64,000 nucleotides of DNA, from contig JBBATU010000005.1 of the NCBI GenBank assembly GCA_040398565.1, positions 161 through 64,160 of the forward strand. Reading direction: 5' to 3'. This DNA comes from Chakrabartia sp. Lineage in GTDB: Bacteria; Pseudomonadota; Alphaproteobacteria; Sphingomonadales; Sphingomonadaceae. This document shows positions 8,340 to 17,831 of this stretch, in pieces; positions within the stretch are counted from its first letter, which is position 1; each line of letters starts with the position of its first letter. Under the pieces are notes generated by a model that was not told where the DNA came from, made no database searches, and worked only from the letters and a program-made list of their open reading frames with translations. Made by a program: the position numbers and the translations under genes.

Positions 8340-9749
8340 TTAACCGATCACTTGGCCCATCAACCAAACCACACCCACAATCAGCGGAATACCCACAAGG
8401 TCGAGCATCAGGCCCGCCTTTAACATGCGTGGCAAAGCGATATGGTCTGTTGCCCAGGCAATGGCATTGGGACCGGTTCCCGATGGCAGCATAAAGCCCC
8501 AGCTGGCGGCCATGGCGGCACTCACGGCCAACAGGGCCGGGTCTGCGCCCGTCGCGACAATCAGCCCGCCGACCACGGGCATAATGCCAGAGGCCGTTGC
8601 CACATTTGACGCAAATTCCGTCACCAAAATGACAATCGCGACCAGAGAAAGCGCGACGATGACCGGATGCACTGCACTCAAAGGCTCCAGCGCCTCTCCC
8701 AGCCAGCCAGCAAGGCCCGAGGCGCCAATTCCCGCCGCCAGCGCAAGGCCGCCACCGAACATCATAATCACGCCCCAGGGCGCGCGATCCGCCTCTTTCC
8801 AAACGAGAATGGGCCGACCCGTGCCATCGGGCACGACAAAGAGCAGCAGCGCGATGAGAATGGCAATTGTGCCATCCTCAACCATGCCTTTGGGCAGACC
8901 TGCTGACATCAGGGGAAGCAGCACCCAGCCCGCGACGACTGCTAGGATGAGTGGCACAAGCCGTTTTTCGGCGGTTGACCAAGGCCCGACATCGCCAATG
9001 CTCGCATGCGTTGCCTGCACATCAAAGCTGCCGGCCGCAACATTTTGAATGCGCATCAAGATGAACCAGCAGGCCGGAATGGCCAGCGCGACAATCGGTA
9101 GGCCGTAGAGCGACCATGTCAGAAAATCGATCCGATAGCCGACGCTGGTTTCAATCAGCCCAGCAGCAATGGCGTTGGTGGGCGAGCCGACCAAAGTCCC
9201 CAGCCCCCCAATAGAGGCAGCAAAGGCAATGCCCATGGGCAAGGCCCCGGCCAGACCTTCTGTGTCCCCCGCCTCGGTCCGATTGGCGCGGAGCACGGCA
9301 ACGGCAATCGGCATCATGATGAGCGCGGTGGCGGTGTTGGACACGATCATGGAGATACAGGCCGTTGCAATCATGAACGCCAACAAAAGACCGCCCGCCG
9401 TGCGCCCGCCACGCGCCAAAATGGTAAGCGCGAACCGCCGGTGCAGCCCCGTACGCTCAATGGCAAGCGCGATAAACGCTCCGCCGAGCACGAGAAAAAG
9501 AATGGGGGAATAATAGGCCGCTGCCACCTTATCCGCGCTTAAAATGCCCATGAAAGGAAAGGCGACAAAGGGCAGCAGCGCCGTCACCGTCAGTGGCAGG
9601 GCCTCTGTCATCCAAAGAATGGCCATCAGGATCACCAGCGCGGCCGCCCGCCAGGCAAGCAATGCCATGCCCGCGGGCGGCGGGAGGAGAAGCAGGACGG
9701 CAAAGATGATCAGCCCGGACCCAAGGCCCCATTTTTGTGCGCTGTTCAT
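8340..9749 (-). CDS. SLC13/DASS-family anion (di/tricarboxylate or sulfate) transporter
   Basis: 469 aa and polytopic. The N-terminal region LVILMAILWMTEALPLTVTALLP and overall repeat structure are typical of DASS permeases. Confidence 0.8.
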   Translation of the reverse strand: MNSAQKWGLGSGLIIFAVLLLLPPPAGMALLAWRAAALVILMAILWMTEALPLTVTALLPFVAFPFMGILSADKVAAAYYSPILFLVLGGAFIALAIERTGLHRRFALTILARGGRTAGGLLLAFMIATACISMIVSNTATALIMMPIAVAVLRANRTEAGDTEGLAGALPMGIAFAASIGGLGTLVGSPTNAIAAGLIETSVGYRIDFLTWSLYGLPIVALAIPACWFILMRIQNVAAGSFDVQATHASIGDVGPWSTAEKRLVPLILAVVAGWVLLPLMSAGLPKGMVEDGTIAILIALLLFVVPDGTGRPILVWKEADRAPWGVIMMFGGGLALAAGIGASGLAGWLGEALEPLSAVHPVIVALSLVAIVILVTEFASNVATASGIMPVVGGLIVATGADPALLAVSAAMAASWGFMLPSGTGPNAIAWATDHIALPRMLKAGLMLDLVGIPLIVGVVWLMGQVIG

Positions 9750-9811
9750 ATCGCCCTCCCCCTTGATCTCTCAGGCAGAGCTAGGGCCGATCTGTCCGCT
9801 GTGCAAGACGA

Positions 9812-10579
9812 TCAGCCGCGAAGACCGATGAGGGAAATTTGCCGACCATAGCCCGGCTCACCCCGATGCGTGGCGCGGCGAAAGCTGTAAAAGCTCTCCG
9901 CATCGCCATAGGTATCAATCCCCATCGCCTCGACACGAGAGACGCCCGCGACCGCAAGGCGATGCGTGACATAGCCTTCCAGATCAAACTGCACATGGCC
10001 TGTGCGCCCCGGCGAAAAGAACCGTTCATGCGCTGGATCTTGCTCTTCAAAGCGGCGGGCAAAGCCGTCATCCACCTCATAAGAAGCGCGCGCGATGCAC
10101 GGGCCAATCGCCGCCACAATCCGCCCCGGCTCGGCACCCAGCGCAACCATGGCCTCAATCGTGCGATCGGTCACGCCCGCAAAAGCGCCCTTCCACCCCG
10201 CATGGGCCGCACCGACCACGCCCGCGTGCACATCCGCCAGCAGCACCGGCGCGCAATCCGCCGTTAAAATGCCGAGCAGCAGGCCCGGCCGGTTGGTCAC
10301 CATCGCATCGGCAGAGGGACGATCGGCAAGGGCGATGGGTGCATCGACGCGCACCACGTCTGGCGAATGCACCTGAAACACCGTCACAAGCGACGCGCCG
10401 GGCAGAACCGCCTCTGTTGCCCGCCGGCGGTTTTCGAGCACGGCATCTGGATCATCCTCTGACCCGACGCCCACATTCAGCCCGGCATGCACCCCCGTTG
10501 ACACGCCACCGCGCCGCCCCAAAAAACCATGTGCGACGCCATCCAGTGTCGCTGCACGATATATATTTATGTCATCCAT
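9812..10579 (-). CDS. pgeF: Peptidoglycan editing factor PgeF (YfiH/laccase-domain family)
   Basis: 255 aa with family motifs HGFLGRRGGVS, VHSPDV, LTADCAPVL and AHAGWKG. Confidence 0.85.
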   Translation of the reverse strand: MDDINIYRAATLDGVAHGFLGRRGGVSTGVHAGLNVGVGSEDDPDAVLENRRRATEAVLPGASLVTVFQVHSPDVVRVDAPIALADRPSADAMVTNRPGLLLGILTADCAPVLLADVHAGVVGAAHAGWKGAFAGVTDRTIEAMVALGAEPGRIVAAIGPCIARASYEVDDGFARRFEEQDPAHERFFSPGRTGHVQFDLEGYVTHRLAVAGVSRVEAMGIDTYGDAESFYSFRRATHRGEPGYGRQISLIGLRG

Positions 10580-10588
10580 CAGAATGCC

Positions 10589-11671
10589 TTAGCCGAAGGC
10601 TGCGGGATCAGGCCAGCCCGCGCCTGTCAGCGCCATCGCCCGAAACAAAGCACCCATTTCAGACGCATGAGTGAGCCTGTGATGCGCCTCGGCCAAATCC
10701 GGGCCGCGATCCGGATGCGCGCGGGCAAGCGATGCGGCGCGGTCTGCAATTCCCAAAAGGCCCAGAAAGTCGCCCTGCCCCGCTGGCCCATGCACCTTGG
10801 CCCCGGACAATTCGGCCATGCCGCCCAAAGTTGCAAAATCGACATGCGCCGTCAGGTCGTGCGCGCCCGGTGCGTCAAAGGGATTGGCAAAGCCATGGTC
10901 TTTGACCGCTTGAAGCGTCTCTCCAAGGGCTGGGCCATCATAGCCATAATCGATGATCAGGGCCGCTCCGCCTTGTGCTGCCAGCAGCTTGGACAAGGCC
11001 CGGACTATCGCAACGCCCGCCGGGCAGCTTTCAACGATGCTTCCAGGGGCTGCGTCCCGCAGCGCCTCTGGCACCAGATCGTCTGGCACGGGCTTTCCGG
11101 CAATTGGCAGGAACATCGTGTCCTGACAGGCGACGCGCCGTTCATGCCAATGTTCGGCCCGACGCACGAGCTGGTAAACGGGAAGCGCATCAAAAAATTC
11201 ATTGGCGACGATCAGAAGCGGTGCGTTAGCGGGCAGCGTGGTGACATCATCATGCCAGATCGCACTAGGCACAGCGGCGCCTTGCATTTCCCGCAACACT
11301 GGGCTGGTCTCGACAAAATGCACATCCGGTGTCAGCCCGGCCTTGGCCATCGCTCGCAGCGCATCCTTGGCGAGTGTGCCGCGACCCGGCCCGAGTTCGA
11401 CATAATGGGTTGTGGGCCGACCGGCCCGATCCCAAAGATCCGCCAGCCACAGACCTATCAATTCCCCAAACATCTGGCTGATCTCAGGCGCGGTGACAAA
11501 ATCCCCCGCTGCACCCAAGGGGTCACGCGTGGCGTAATAATGAGCATTTGCCGCGGCCATGAACTGCGCCACCGGAATTGGCCCGCCCAGCGTAATCGCC
11601 CGCGCCAGCCGTTCCGGCAGCAGCGGTTCAAGCGATGCTGGTGTGTCCGTCATTGGCGTCTGCCCGGTCAC
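10589..11671 (-). CDS. Class I SAM-dependent methyltransferase (DUF185 / NDUFAF7-MidA-like)
   Basis: 360 aa: FMAAANAHYYATRDPLGAAGDFVTAPEISQMFGELIG...YVELGPGRGTLAKD. The start is uncertain (11671 or 11653); both overlap the lgt 3-prime end. Confidence 0.8.
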   Translation of the reverse strand: MTGQTPMTDTPASLEPLLPERLARAITLGGPIPVAQFMAAANAHYYATRDPLGAAGDFVTAPEISQMFGELIGLWLADLWDRAGRPTTHYVELGPGRGTLAKDALRAMAKAGLTPDVHFVETSPVLREMQGAAVPSAIWHDDVTTLPANAPLLIVANEFFDALPVYQLVRRAEHWHERRVACQDTMFLPIAGKPVPDDLVPEALRDAAPGSIVESCPAGVAIVRALSKLLAAQGGAALIIDYGYDGPALGETLQAVKDHGFANPFDAPGAHDLTAHVDFATLGGMAELSGAKVHGPAGQGDFLGLLGIADRAASLARAHPDRGPDLAEAHHRLTHASEMGALFRAMALTGAGWPDPAAFG

Positions 11672-12485
11672 GACGCCCTTGGGCCGTCAGAATGAGATAA
11701 AGACCAATCAGGATCATCGGGACACATAAAGTCTGCCCCATTGTCATGCCCAGCAGCCCATGAACGCCCACATCCGGTTCCCGCACGGTTTCTGCCACGA
11801 AGCGGAAGCCGCCCATCCAGAGCACAAAATGTCCGGCAATCGCGCCCGGCTTTAAGCGGGCATCGGATTTCCAGAACAGCACAGAAAGAATGAGCCCGAG
11901 CACCAGTCCTTCCAGCCCAGCCTGATAGAGCTGGCTGGGGTGGCGCACCACATCTCCGCCGCCCGGAAAGACCATGCCCCACGGCACGGTTGTTTCCCGG
12001 CCCCATAATTCACCATTCACGAAATTGGCGAGGCGGCCGAGGAAATGCCCAATGGGATAAACGACGACAAGATAATCAAGCGTCCGCAGCCAATTGACCT
12101 TTTGCGACCGCGCAAACCAGAGCACGCCCAGAATGACGCCAATCACCCCGCCGTGAAAGCTCATCCCGCCTTCCCATAATTTGAAGATACTCAGCGGCTG
12201 TCGAAGCATCTCTGGTCGGTAGAAGAGAATATAACCAAAACGCCCGCCCAATATGATGCCAAGCGTTGCGTAGATGACCAGATCTTCCACCTGCACCTTG
12301 GTCATCGGCGCGCCGGGGCGGGCGACCAATTTGGTCAGATACCACCAGCCGACAAGAATGCCCGTAATATAAGCAAGACTATACCATCTGACCTTGAAAA
12401 AGCCCAGATCAAGGGCGACGGGATCAAGGCCAAGGCTCTCCCACCGCACAGCGGACGTAGCGTCAATGAGACTTGTAAGGATCAA
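11628..12485 (-). CDS. lgt: Prolipoprotein diacylglyceryl transferase
   Basis: 285 aa and polytopic, with Lgt motifs WYSLAYITGILVGW, GGRFGYILFY, GGMSFHGGVIG, LGRLANFVNGELWGR and HPSQLYQAGLEG. Confidence 0.9.
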   Translation of the reverse strand: MILTSLIDATSAVRWESLGLDPVALDLGFFKVRWYSLAYITGILVGWWYLTKLVARPGAPMTKVQVEDLVIYATLGIILGGRFGYILFYRPEMLRQPLSIFKLWEGGMSFHGGVIGVILGVLWFARSQKVNWLRTLDYLVVVYPIGHFLGRLANFVNGELWGRETTVPWGMVFPGGGDVVRHPSQLYQAGLEGLVLGLILSVLFWKSDARLKPGAIAGHFVLWMGGFRFVAETVREPDVGVHGLLGMTMGQTLCVPMILIGLYLILTAQGRRDRADANDGHTSIA

Positions 12486-12552
12486 GGCTTTTCCCCTCAG
12501 AATTTGGCCCTACATAGGGGGAGGAGAGAAGAACATAAAGGGAGAGATTCTG

Positions 12553-14271
12553 ATGCCATCTGAATTGGACCTGCGCTTAGCAAAGGCCACCGAAATGCTG
12601 ACGGCCCCCGGCGCGCCGATGGCGCTGACGCCCCATCATGCATTTGGGGTCGATTTGCCGATGGTTGCCGCAGCTCCGCCTGCTTTGTCCCATTATTTTG
12701 CCTATTTCTGCGCCCAACATGGGGACACGGAATTCATCATCGATGGCGATCAACGCCTCTCTTTCTCACAGACTTATGTTGCGGCAGACCGCGTGGCCAA
12801 GACGTTGGTTAAGCTGCACAATGTCCAGCGTGGGGACCGGATTGGTATTGCCATGCGCAATGCGCCGTCCTGGATCATCCTCTATATGGGCGTCTTGATG
12901 GCGGGCGGATGTGCCACGCTGCTCAATGGCTGGTGGCAGGGTGCTGAACTGGCCGCCGGTATTGACGATGTGGGCGCAACTTTGGTGCTGGCGGATCAGC
13001 CACGCGCAGACCGCCTGAGCGAAGTCGGCTATGCAGGCGCTTCCCGGATTGTCGCGCTCGATGTGGCGGCCCCATTGGAACAGGCACTTGCCCCGATATG
13101 GGGAACAGCCGACCTGTCGGACGTGGCTCTGCCGGAGTTAACGGGGGACGATCTGGCGACCATTTTGTTCACATCCGGGTCAACGGGCCAGTCCAAGGGT
13201 GCGTTTTCGACGCACAGGGCCGTAGTGCAAGGCACGTTCAACTATATTGTTCAGGCCTTGGTGATGCTGCAATTGGCAACAGAGGACGGAACAATCTCTG
13301 CAGATCGGCCGCAGCATGCCACGCTTTTGACCGTTCCCCTATTCCACGTCACGGGCGAAGTCCCGGTGATGCTCGTCAGCTTTGCGATTGGTCGCAAAAT
13401 TGTGATGATGCCCAAGTGGAATGTCGTGACCGCGATGGAGCTGATCCAGAAAGAAAAGATCACCAACTTCACCGGCGTGCCGTTGATGAGCTTTGAGTTG
13501 ATGTCGCATCCCGATCGGCACAAATATGATTTGTCGACGCTTCAGGGCTTGGCCGGGGGCGGTGCGCCGCGCCCGGTGGAACATGTGAAGCGCATTGCCG
13601 ATGAATTTCCAACAGCGCCGCCCGCACTTGGCTATGGCCTCACCGAAACCAACGGCATTGGGGCGGGGAATTTTTCCACCAATTATCTGGAAAAGCCGAA
13701 TTCAACGGGTCTTCCCTCGAGGCCCTTGGTCGATATGGCGATCTTGGATGATGCAGGAAAGCCGGTGCCGCAAGGCCAGCGGGGCGAAGTCTCCATCCGT
13801 TCCGTCGCCCTCTTTTCTGGCTATTGGAACCGGCCGGATGCAACAGCGGATTGCATGACCGATGACGGATATTTCCGTACCGGCGATGTCGGCTATTTGG
13901 ACGAGGACGGCTATCTGTTCATCGTCGATCGCAAGAAGGACATCATCATCCGTGGTGGCGAGAATATCAGCTGCCAAGAAGTCGAAGCCGCGATTTACGA
14001 GCATCCCGCCATTGCCGAAGCCTGCGTCTTTGGTTTGCCCGATGAACGCTTGGGCGAGTTGCCGGGCGCTGTCGTTTATTGCCATCCCGGCCAGACGCTG
14101 GACGAAGCCGGGCTGATTGCGTTTTTGAAGGACCGGATTGCCGCCTTCAAAGTCCCGGCCAAAATCTGGTTTGAGCCCAACAATCTCCCGCGCCTTGGCA
14201 CGGAGAAAATCGACAAGGTCTCGCTGCGCAAAAAATATCGCGCGGTTTGGGAACAGGCGACTGCTGCATGA
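12553..14271 (+). CDS. AMP-binding acyl-CoA synthetase / fatty-acid-CoA ligase family protein
   Basis: ATG 12553 is preceded by GGGAGAG. AMP-binding motif ILFTSGSTGQSKGA, then YGLTETNG, FRTGDVGYLDEDGYLFIVDRKKDIIIRGGENI. Confidence 0.85.
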   Translation: MPSELDLRLAKATEMLTAPGAPMALTPHHAFGVDLPMVAAAPPALSHYFAYFCAQHGDTEFIIDGDQRLSFSQTYVAADRVAKTLVKLHNVQRGDRIGIAMRNAPSWIILYMGVLMAGGCATLLNGWWQGAELAAGIDDVGATLVLADQPRADRLSEVGYAGASRIVALDVAAPLEQALAPIWGTADLSDVALPELTGDDLATILFTSGSTGQSKGAFSTHRAVVQGTFNYIVQALVMLQLATEDGTISADRPQHATLLTVPLFHVTGEVPVMLVSFAIGRKIVMMPKWNVVTAMELIQKEKITNFTGVPLMSFELMSHPDRHKYDLSTLQGLAGGGAPRPVEHVKRIADEFPTAPPALGYGLTETNGIGAGNFSTNYLEKPNSTGLPSRPLVDMAILDDAGKPVPQGQRGEVSIRSVALFSGYWNRPDATADCMTDDGYFRTGDVGYLDEDGYLFIVDRKKDIIIRGGENISCQEVEAAIYEHPAIAEACVFGLPDERLGELPGAVVYCHPGQTLDEAGLIAFLKDRIAAFKVPAKIWFEPNNLPRLGTEKIDKVSLRKKYRAVWEQATAA

Positions 14272-15554
14272 GGATTGCCGAGCCGCTCCGCCTGCCCTGT
14301 GGTGCCACTTTGCCCAACCGATTGGCAAAGGGGGCGATGACCGAAGGGTTGGCGACGGCCAATGGTGTGCCAACCCCGGCGTTGGATCGGCTCTATCGCT
14401 GCTGGTCTGAAGGCGGGGCGGGCATGCACCTGACGGGCAATGTCATTATTGATCGGGACCATTTGGAGCGGCCGGGCAACGTCATTATTGATCGCCCCCC
14501 CTCTGCTGAAATGAAGGCCGCGCTCGCATCTTGGGCGAAGGCGGGAACTGTCGCTGGCAATCATCTATGGATGCAGATCAGCCATGCCGGTCGGCAGACG
14601 CAGGCGATTGTCAATAAAACGCCCAAGGCCCCCTCCGCCGTGCCCTTGGGGCTGCCCGGCGGGCAATTTGGCATGCCCATTCCCTTGACGGGGGGCGAGA
14701 TTAAAGACTTGATCCAACGCTTTGCCATTGCCGCGGCCGCAGCAAAAGAAGCGGGCTTTACCGGCGTGCAGGTGCATGGCGCCCATGGCTATCTCATCTC
14801 GCAGTTTCTAAGTCCGCGCGCCAACCAGCGCACGGATGAATGGGGTGGCAGTCTTGAAAACCGTGCCCGCTTTTTGATGGAAGCGGTCAAAGCTGTACGC
14901 AGTGCCGTTGGCCCGGACTTCCCCGTATCGGTAAAGCTCAACTCTGCCGATTTTCAAAAAGGCGGCTTTGACTTTGAAGACAGCCTGACGGTTGCCCGTT
15001 GGCTGGAAGACGCAGGCGTTGATCTGCTCGAAATTTCGGGCGGATCCTATGAGCAGCCGCGCATGATGGATCTTGAAGGGATGGAAACGGTCGAGACGCA
15101 GAATGTCGCCCCCTCCACCGCGGCGCGCGAAGCCTATTTCGTGGATTTTGCAAAAGCCATGAAAGCCGAAATCAAAACCATGCCGCTCATGGTCACGGGT
15201 GGATTTCGCACGCGGGCCGCGATGGACCACGCACTCAACGCAGGTGGGGCCGATCTAATTGGCCTTGGCCGCCCCTTGTGCGGCGCGCCCGATGCCTGCC
15301 TTCAGCTTTTGGAAGGCGCGCAAGACATTCCCCGCTTTGAACGTCAACTTCACCTTCTGCCCGGCTGGCTGCGCTGGATGGAGACATTCAAGATGGTGCG
15401 CGCGCTGGCCGGATTTGGCGTTCAATTCTGGTATTATGCGCAACTCTACGCGCTGGGCCATACGGGCAAGACGGACCTTGGCATGTCGGTGTTGGCCGCG
15501 ATGCGGCAAGTCAACGCCATGAACAAAAAACTGCTGGCAGGCAGAACACGCTAA
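14268..15554 (+). CDS. NADH:flavin oxidoreductase (Old Yellow Enzyme / 2,4-dienoyl-CoA reductase-like family)
   Basis: ATG 14268 overlaps the ligase stop (ATGA). TIM-barrel OYE motifs: LPNRLAKGAMTEG, VQVHGAHGYLISQFLSPRANQRTDEWGGSLENRARF, GRPL. Confidence 0.85.
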   Translation: MRIAEPLRLPCGATLPNRLAKGAMTEGLATANGVPTPALDRLYRCWSEGGAGMHLTGNVIIDRDHLERPGNVIIDRPPSAEMKAALASWAKAGTVAGNHLWMQISHAGRQTQAIVNKTPKAPSAVPLGLPGGQFGMPIPLTGGEIKDLIQRFAIAAAAAKEAGFTGVQVHGAHGYLISQFLSPRANQRTDEWGGSLENRARFLMEAVKAVRSAVGPDFPVSVKLNSADFQKGGFDFEDSLTVARWLEDAGVDLLEISGGSYEQPRMMDLEGMETVETQNVAPSTAAREAYFVDFAKAMKAEIKTMPLMVTGGFRTRAAMDHALNAGGADLIGLGRPLCGAPDACLQLLEGAQDIPRFERQLHLLPGWLRWMETFKMVRALAGFGVQFWYYAQLYALGHTGKTDLGMSVLAAMRQVNAMNKKLLAGRTR

Positions 15555-15562
15555 CCAAATCT

Positions 15563-15589
15563 CCAAGGGGCGCGGACAGCGCCCTTTGG
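15563..15589 (+). terminator. Candidate terminator hairpin after the OYE gene
   Basis: CCAAGGGGCGC / GGACA loop / GCGCCCTTTGG, an 11-bp stem with one G-U pair. Only a short T run follows. Confidence 0.3.
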
Positions 15590-15626
15590 ACAGGTGGCCC
15601 TGGGTGATTTAGGGCGCTAAGTAACC

Positions 15627-16637
15627 ATGATGCACATACCTTCAGATCACCCCCCTATCGCCCCCCGCCGGATCGGCGTGTTGTTGATGAACCTTGGCAC
15701 GCCGGATGCGCCCGAAACCGGGCCGGTTCGCCGCTATCTGAAGCAATTTTTGTCTGACCGGCGGGTGGTGGAGATTCCCCCGCTCATCTGGCAGCCGATT
15801 TTGCGCCTGTTCGTGCTGACCACCCGTCCGGCCAAATCGGCCCATGCCTATGCGCAAATCTGGACCGACCAAGGCTCCCCCCTTGCCGTTGTCACCAGGA
15901 CACAGGCCGAGACCATGCAAAAAGTTTTGGGGGAGGCGGTGATGGTCGATTGGGCGATGCGCTATGGCAGCCCGTCTATCGCGGATCGGTTGGACGCGAT
16001 GAAGGCGGCTGGGTGCGACCGCATTCTCATCGCCCCGCTCTATCCGCAGTATAGCAGTGCGACGACCGCGACAGGATTTGATGAGGTTGCCCGCGTGCTG
16101 GGCAAGATGCGCTGGCAACCCGCCATCCGCACTTTGCCAGCCTATCATGACGATCCTGCTTATATCGCGGCACTTAAAGAGTCTGTGGAACAGGGCTTGA
16201 AGGACCTGCCCTTCAAGCCTGACGCAATTCTGGCGAGCTTTCACTCCATGCCCGAACGCACCTTGATGAAGGGGGATCCCTATCATTGCCATTGCCGGAA
16301 AACGGCCCGGCTCTTGTCGGAAGCCTTGGGGCGTGAGGTGCTGGTTTCGTTCCAATCCAAGCTGGGCCGTGCCAAATGGTTGGAACCCGCAACCGATGCG
16401 ACACTAGAGTCCCTACCCGGCCGGAACATCAAGCATATTGCCGTCATTGCGCCCGGATTTTCCGCAGATAATCTTGAAACGCTGGAAGAAGTCGCCATCC
16501 GCGGTAAGGAAAGCTTTGTTGACGCAGGCGGCGAAGATTTTGCCTATCTGCCCTGCCTGAACACAAGTGCGCCCGGCACAAAAATGCTAACCAGCTTACT
16601 CTTACGTGAACTTGCAGGCTGGCTTCCCCAGCAATAG
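15627..16637 (+). CDS. hemH: Ferrochelatase
   Basis: 336 aa. IGVLLMNLGTPDAP, YLKQFLSDRRVVEIP and PLYPQYSSATT are classical HemH motifs. Confidence 0.9.
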   Translation: MMHIPSDHPPIAPRRIGVLLMNLGTPDAPETGPVRRYLKQFLSDRRVVEIPPLIWQPILRLFVLTTRPAKSAHAYAQIWTDQGSPLAVVTRTQAETMQKVLGEAVMVDWAMRYGSPSIADRLDAMKAAGCDRILIAPLYPQYSSATTATGFDEVARVLGKMRWQPAIRTLPAYHDDPAYIAALKESVEQGLKDLPFKPDAILASFHSMPERTLMKGDPYHCHCRKTARLLSEALGREVLVSFQSKLGRAKWLEPATDATLESLPGRNIKHIAVIAPGFSADNLETLEEVAIRGKESFVDAGGEDFAYLPCLNTSAPGTKMLTSLLLRELAGWLPQQ

Positions 16638-16673
16638 CCTTTGACCCGATATTGGTCGGCGAAAGGATATGCG

Positions 16674-17396
16674 ATGAAAAGAGTTGCGATCGTTACAGGC
16701 GGAACGCGCGGAATCGGCGCTGCCATCAGCCGAGAGCTGCACGCCATGGGCATGACCGTTGTGGCCAATTATGCGGGCAATGCGCAAAAGGCGCAGGCGT
16801 TCGAGGCGGAAACAGGCATACACGCCTTTCAATGGGATGTGGGTGACTTTGCCGCCTGCCAAGAGGGGTGCGGCCGGGTGGAACGGGACATTGGCCCGGT
16901 GGATGTGCTGGTCAATAATGCCGGAATCACGCGAGATGGAACGCTGCTCAAAATGACCTATGAGATGTGGGACGAGGTGATGCGCGTCAATCTTGGCGGC
17001 TGCTTCAACATGGCCAAGGCCACTTTTGCGGGCATGCGTGATCGCGGCTGGGGCCGCATCGTCAATATCGGCTCGATCAATGGACAGGGCGGGCAATATG
17101 GGCAGGTCAATTATGCCGCCGCAAAATCCGGCATTCATGGATTTACCAAGGCTTTGGCACAGGAAGGCGCAAAATTTGGCGTGACCGTCAACGCCCTTGC
17201 GCCGGGCTATATTGATACGGATATGGTGGCCGCCGTTCCCGAGGACGTCTTGGCCAAAATTGTGGCCAAAGTTCCGGTCGGTCGCCTTGGCCATGCTGAA
17301 GAAATTGCCCGCGGCGTTGGCTTTTTATGCGCCGAAGATGCAGGCTTCATTACCGGATCGACTCTGTCGCTCAACGGTGGACAGCATATGTATTGA
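16674..17396 (+). CDS. phbB: Acetoacetyl-CoA reductase (SDR family, PhaB/PhbB type)
   Basis: GAAAGGA SD precedes ATG 16674. TGGTRGIG cofactor motif, NNAGITRD, catalytic YAAAKSG. High overall resemblance to PhaB. Confidence 0.85.
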   Translation: MKRVAIVTGGTRGIGAAISRELHAMGMTVVANYAGNAQKAQAFEAETGIHAFQWDVGDFAACQEGCGRVERDIGPVDVLVNNAGITRDGTLLKMTYEMWDEVMRVNLGGCFNMAKATFAGMRDRGWGRIVNIGSINGQGGQYGQVNYAAAKSGIHGFTKALAQEGAKFGVTVNALAPGYIDTDMVAAVPEDVLAKIVAKVPVGRLGHAEEIARGVGFLCAEDAGFITGSTLSLNGGQHMY

Positions 17397-17406
17397 GGAT
17401 GATCGA

Positions 17407-17634
17407 TTGAACATAACCCAGGGCCCCATCAAGCGGTCGGTGACAATTGCCGGGCATGAAACGTCGATCAGCCTTGAGCCGATATTCTGGGATGCCCTGC
17501 GCGATGCCGCGGCAGAGGAGGGCATTCCGGTGAATGCCCTTGTCGCCCGGATCGATGCAGACCGAATCGCGTCTGCCGTTCCCGCCAATCTGGCGAGCAC
17601 GCTGCGCGTCTGGCTGTACGCCCGAAAGATGTGA
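17407..17634 (+). CDS. Small ribbon-helix-helix-type protein (RHH_4-like), non-ATG start
   Basis: The conserved-looking core KRSVTIAGHETSISLEPIFWDALRDAAAEEGIPVNALVARID is in the frame of ORF 17197-17634. The first plausible start after the phbB stop is TTG 17407 (ATT 17392 is the alternative). Confidence 0.55.
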   Translation: MNITQGPIKRSVTIAGHETSISLEPIFWDALRDAAAEEGIPVNALVARIDADRIASAVPANLASTLRVWLYARKM

Positions 17635-17831
17635 GGTCGGCGTGCAGCCTTTTGGGTTCCGCGCCTTTCGGATAGCCCCAGATTATTGCCCCCGGCCGCA
17701 TTCCGCTGCGCAACAGGGCCTCTGCGCCGTAACGTCAAGCGGCTAAATCACGGCACTACCCGCAAAAAGTCAATTGACAGCCCCGATGCAAGCCTATTTC
17801 TGGGGAAAGTTTATGAATGGAGAGAGACGCC

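Noticed and set aside
17761-17800. TTGACA-containing promoter-like sequence upstream of the first acyl-CoA dehydrogenase gene.
   Set aside because: The best -10 candidates have poor sequence or non-optimal spacing (15 nt). There is not enough support to list it as a feature.
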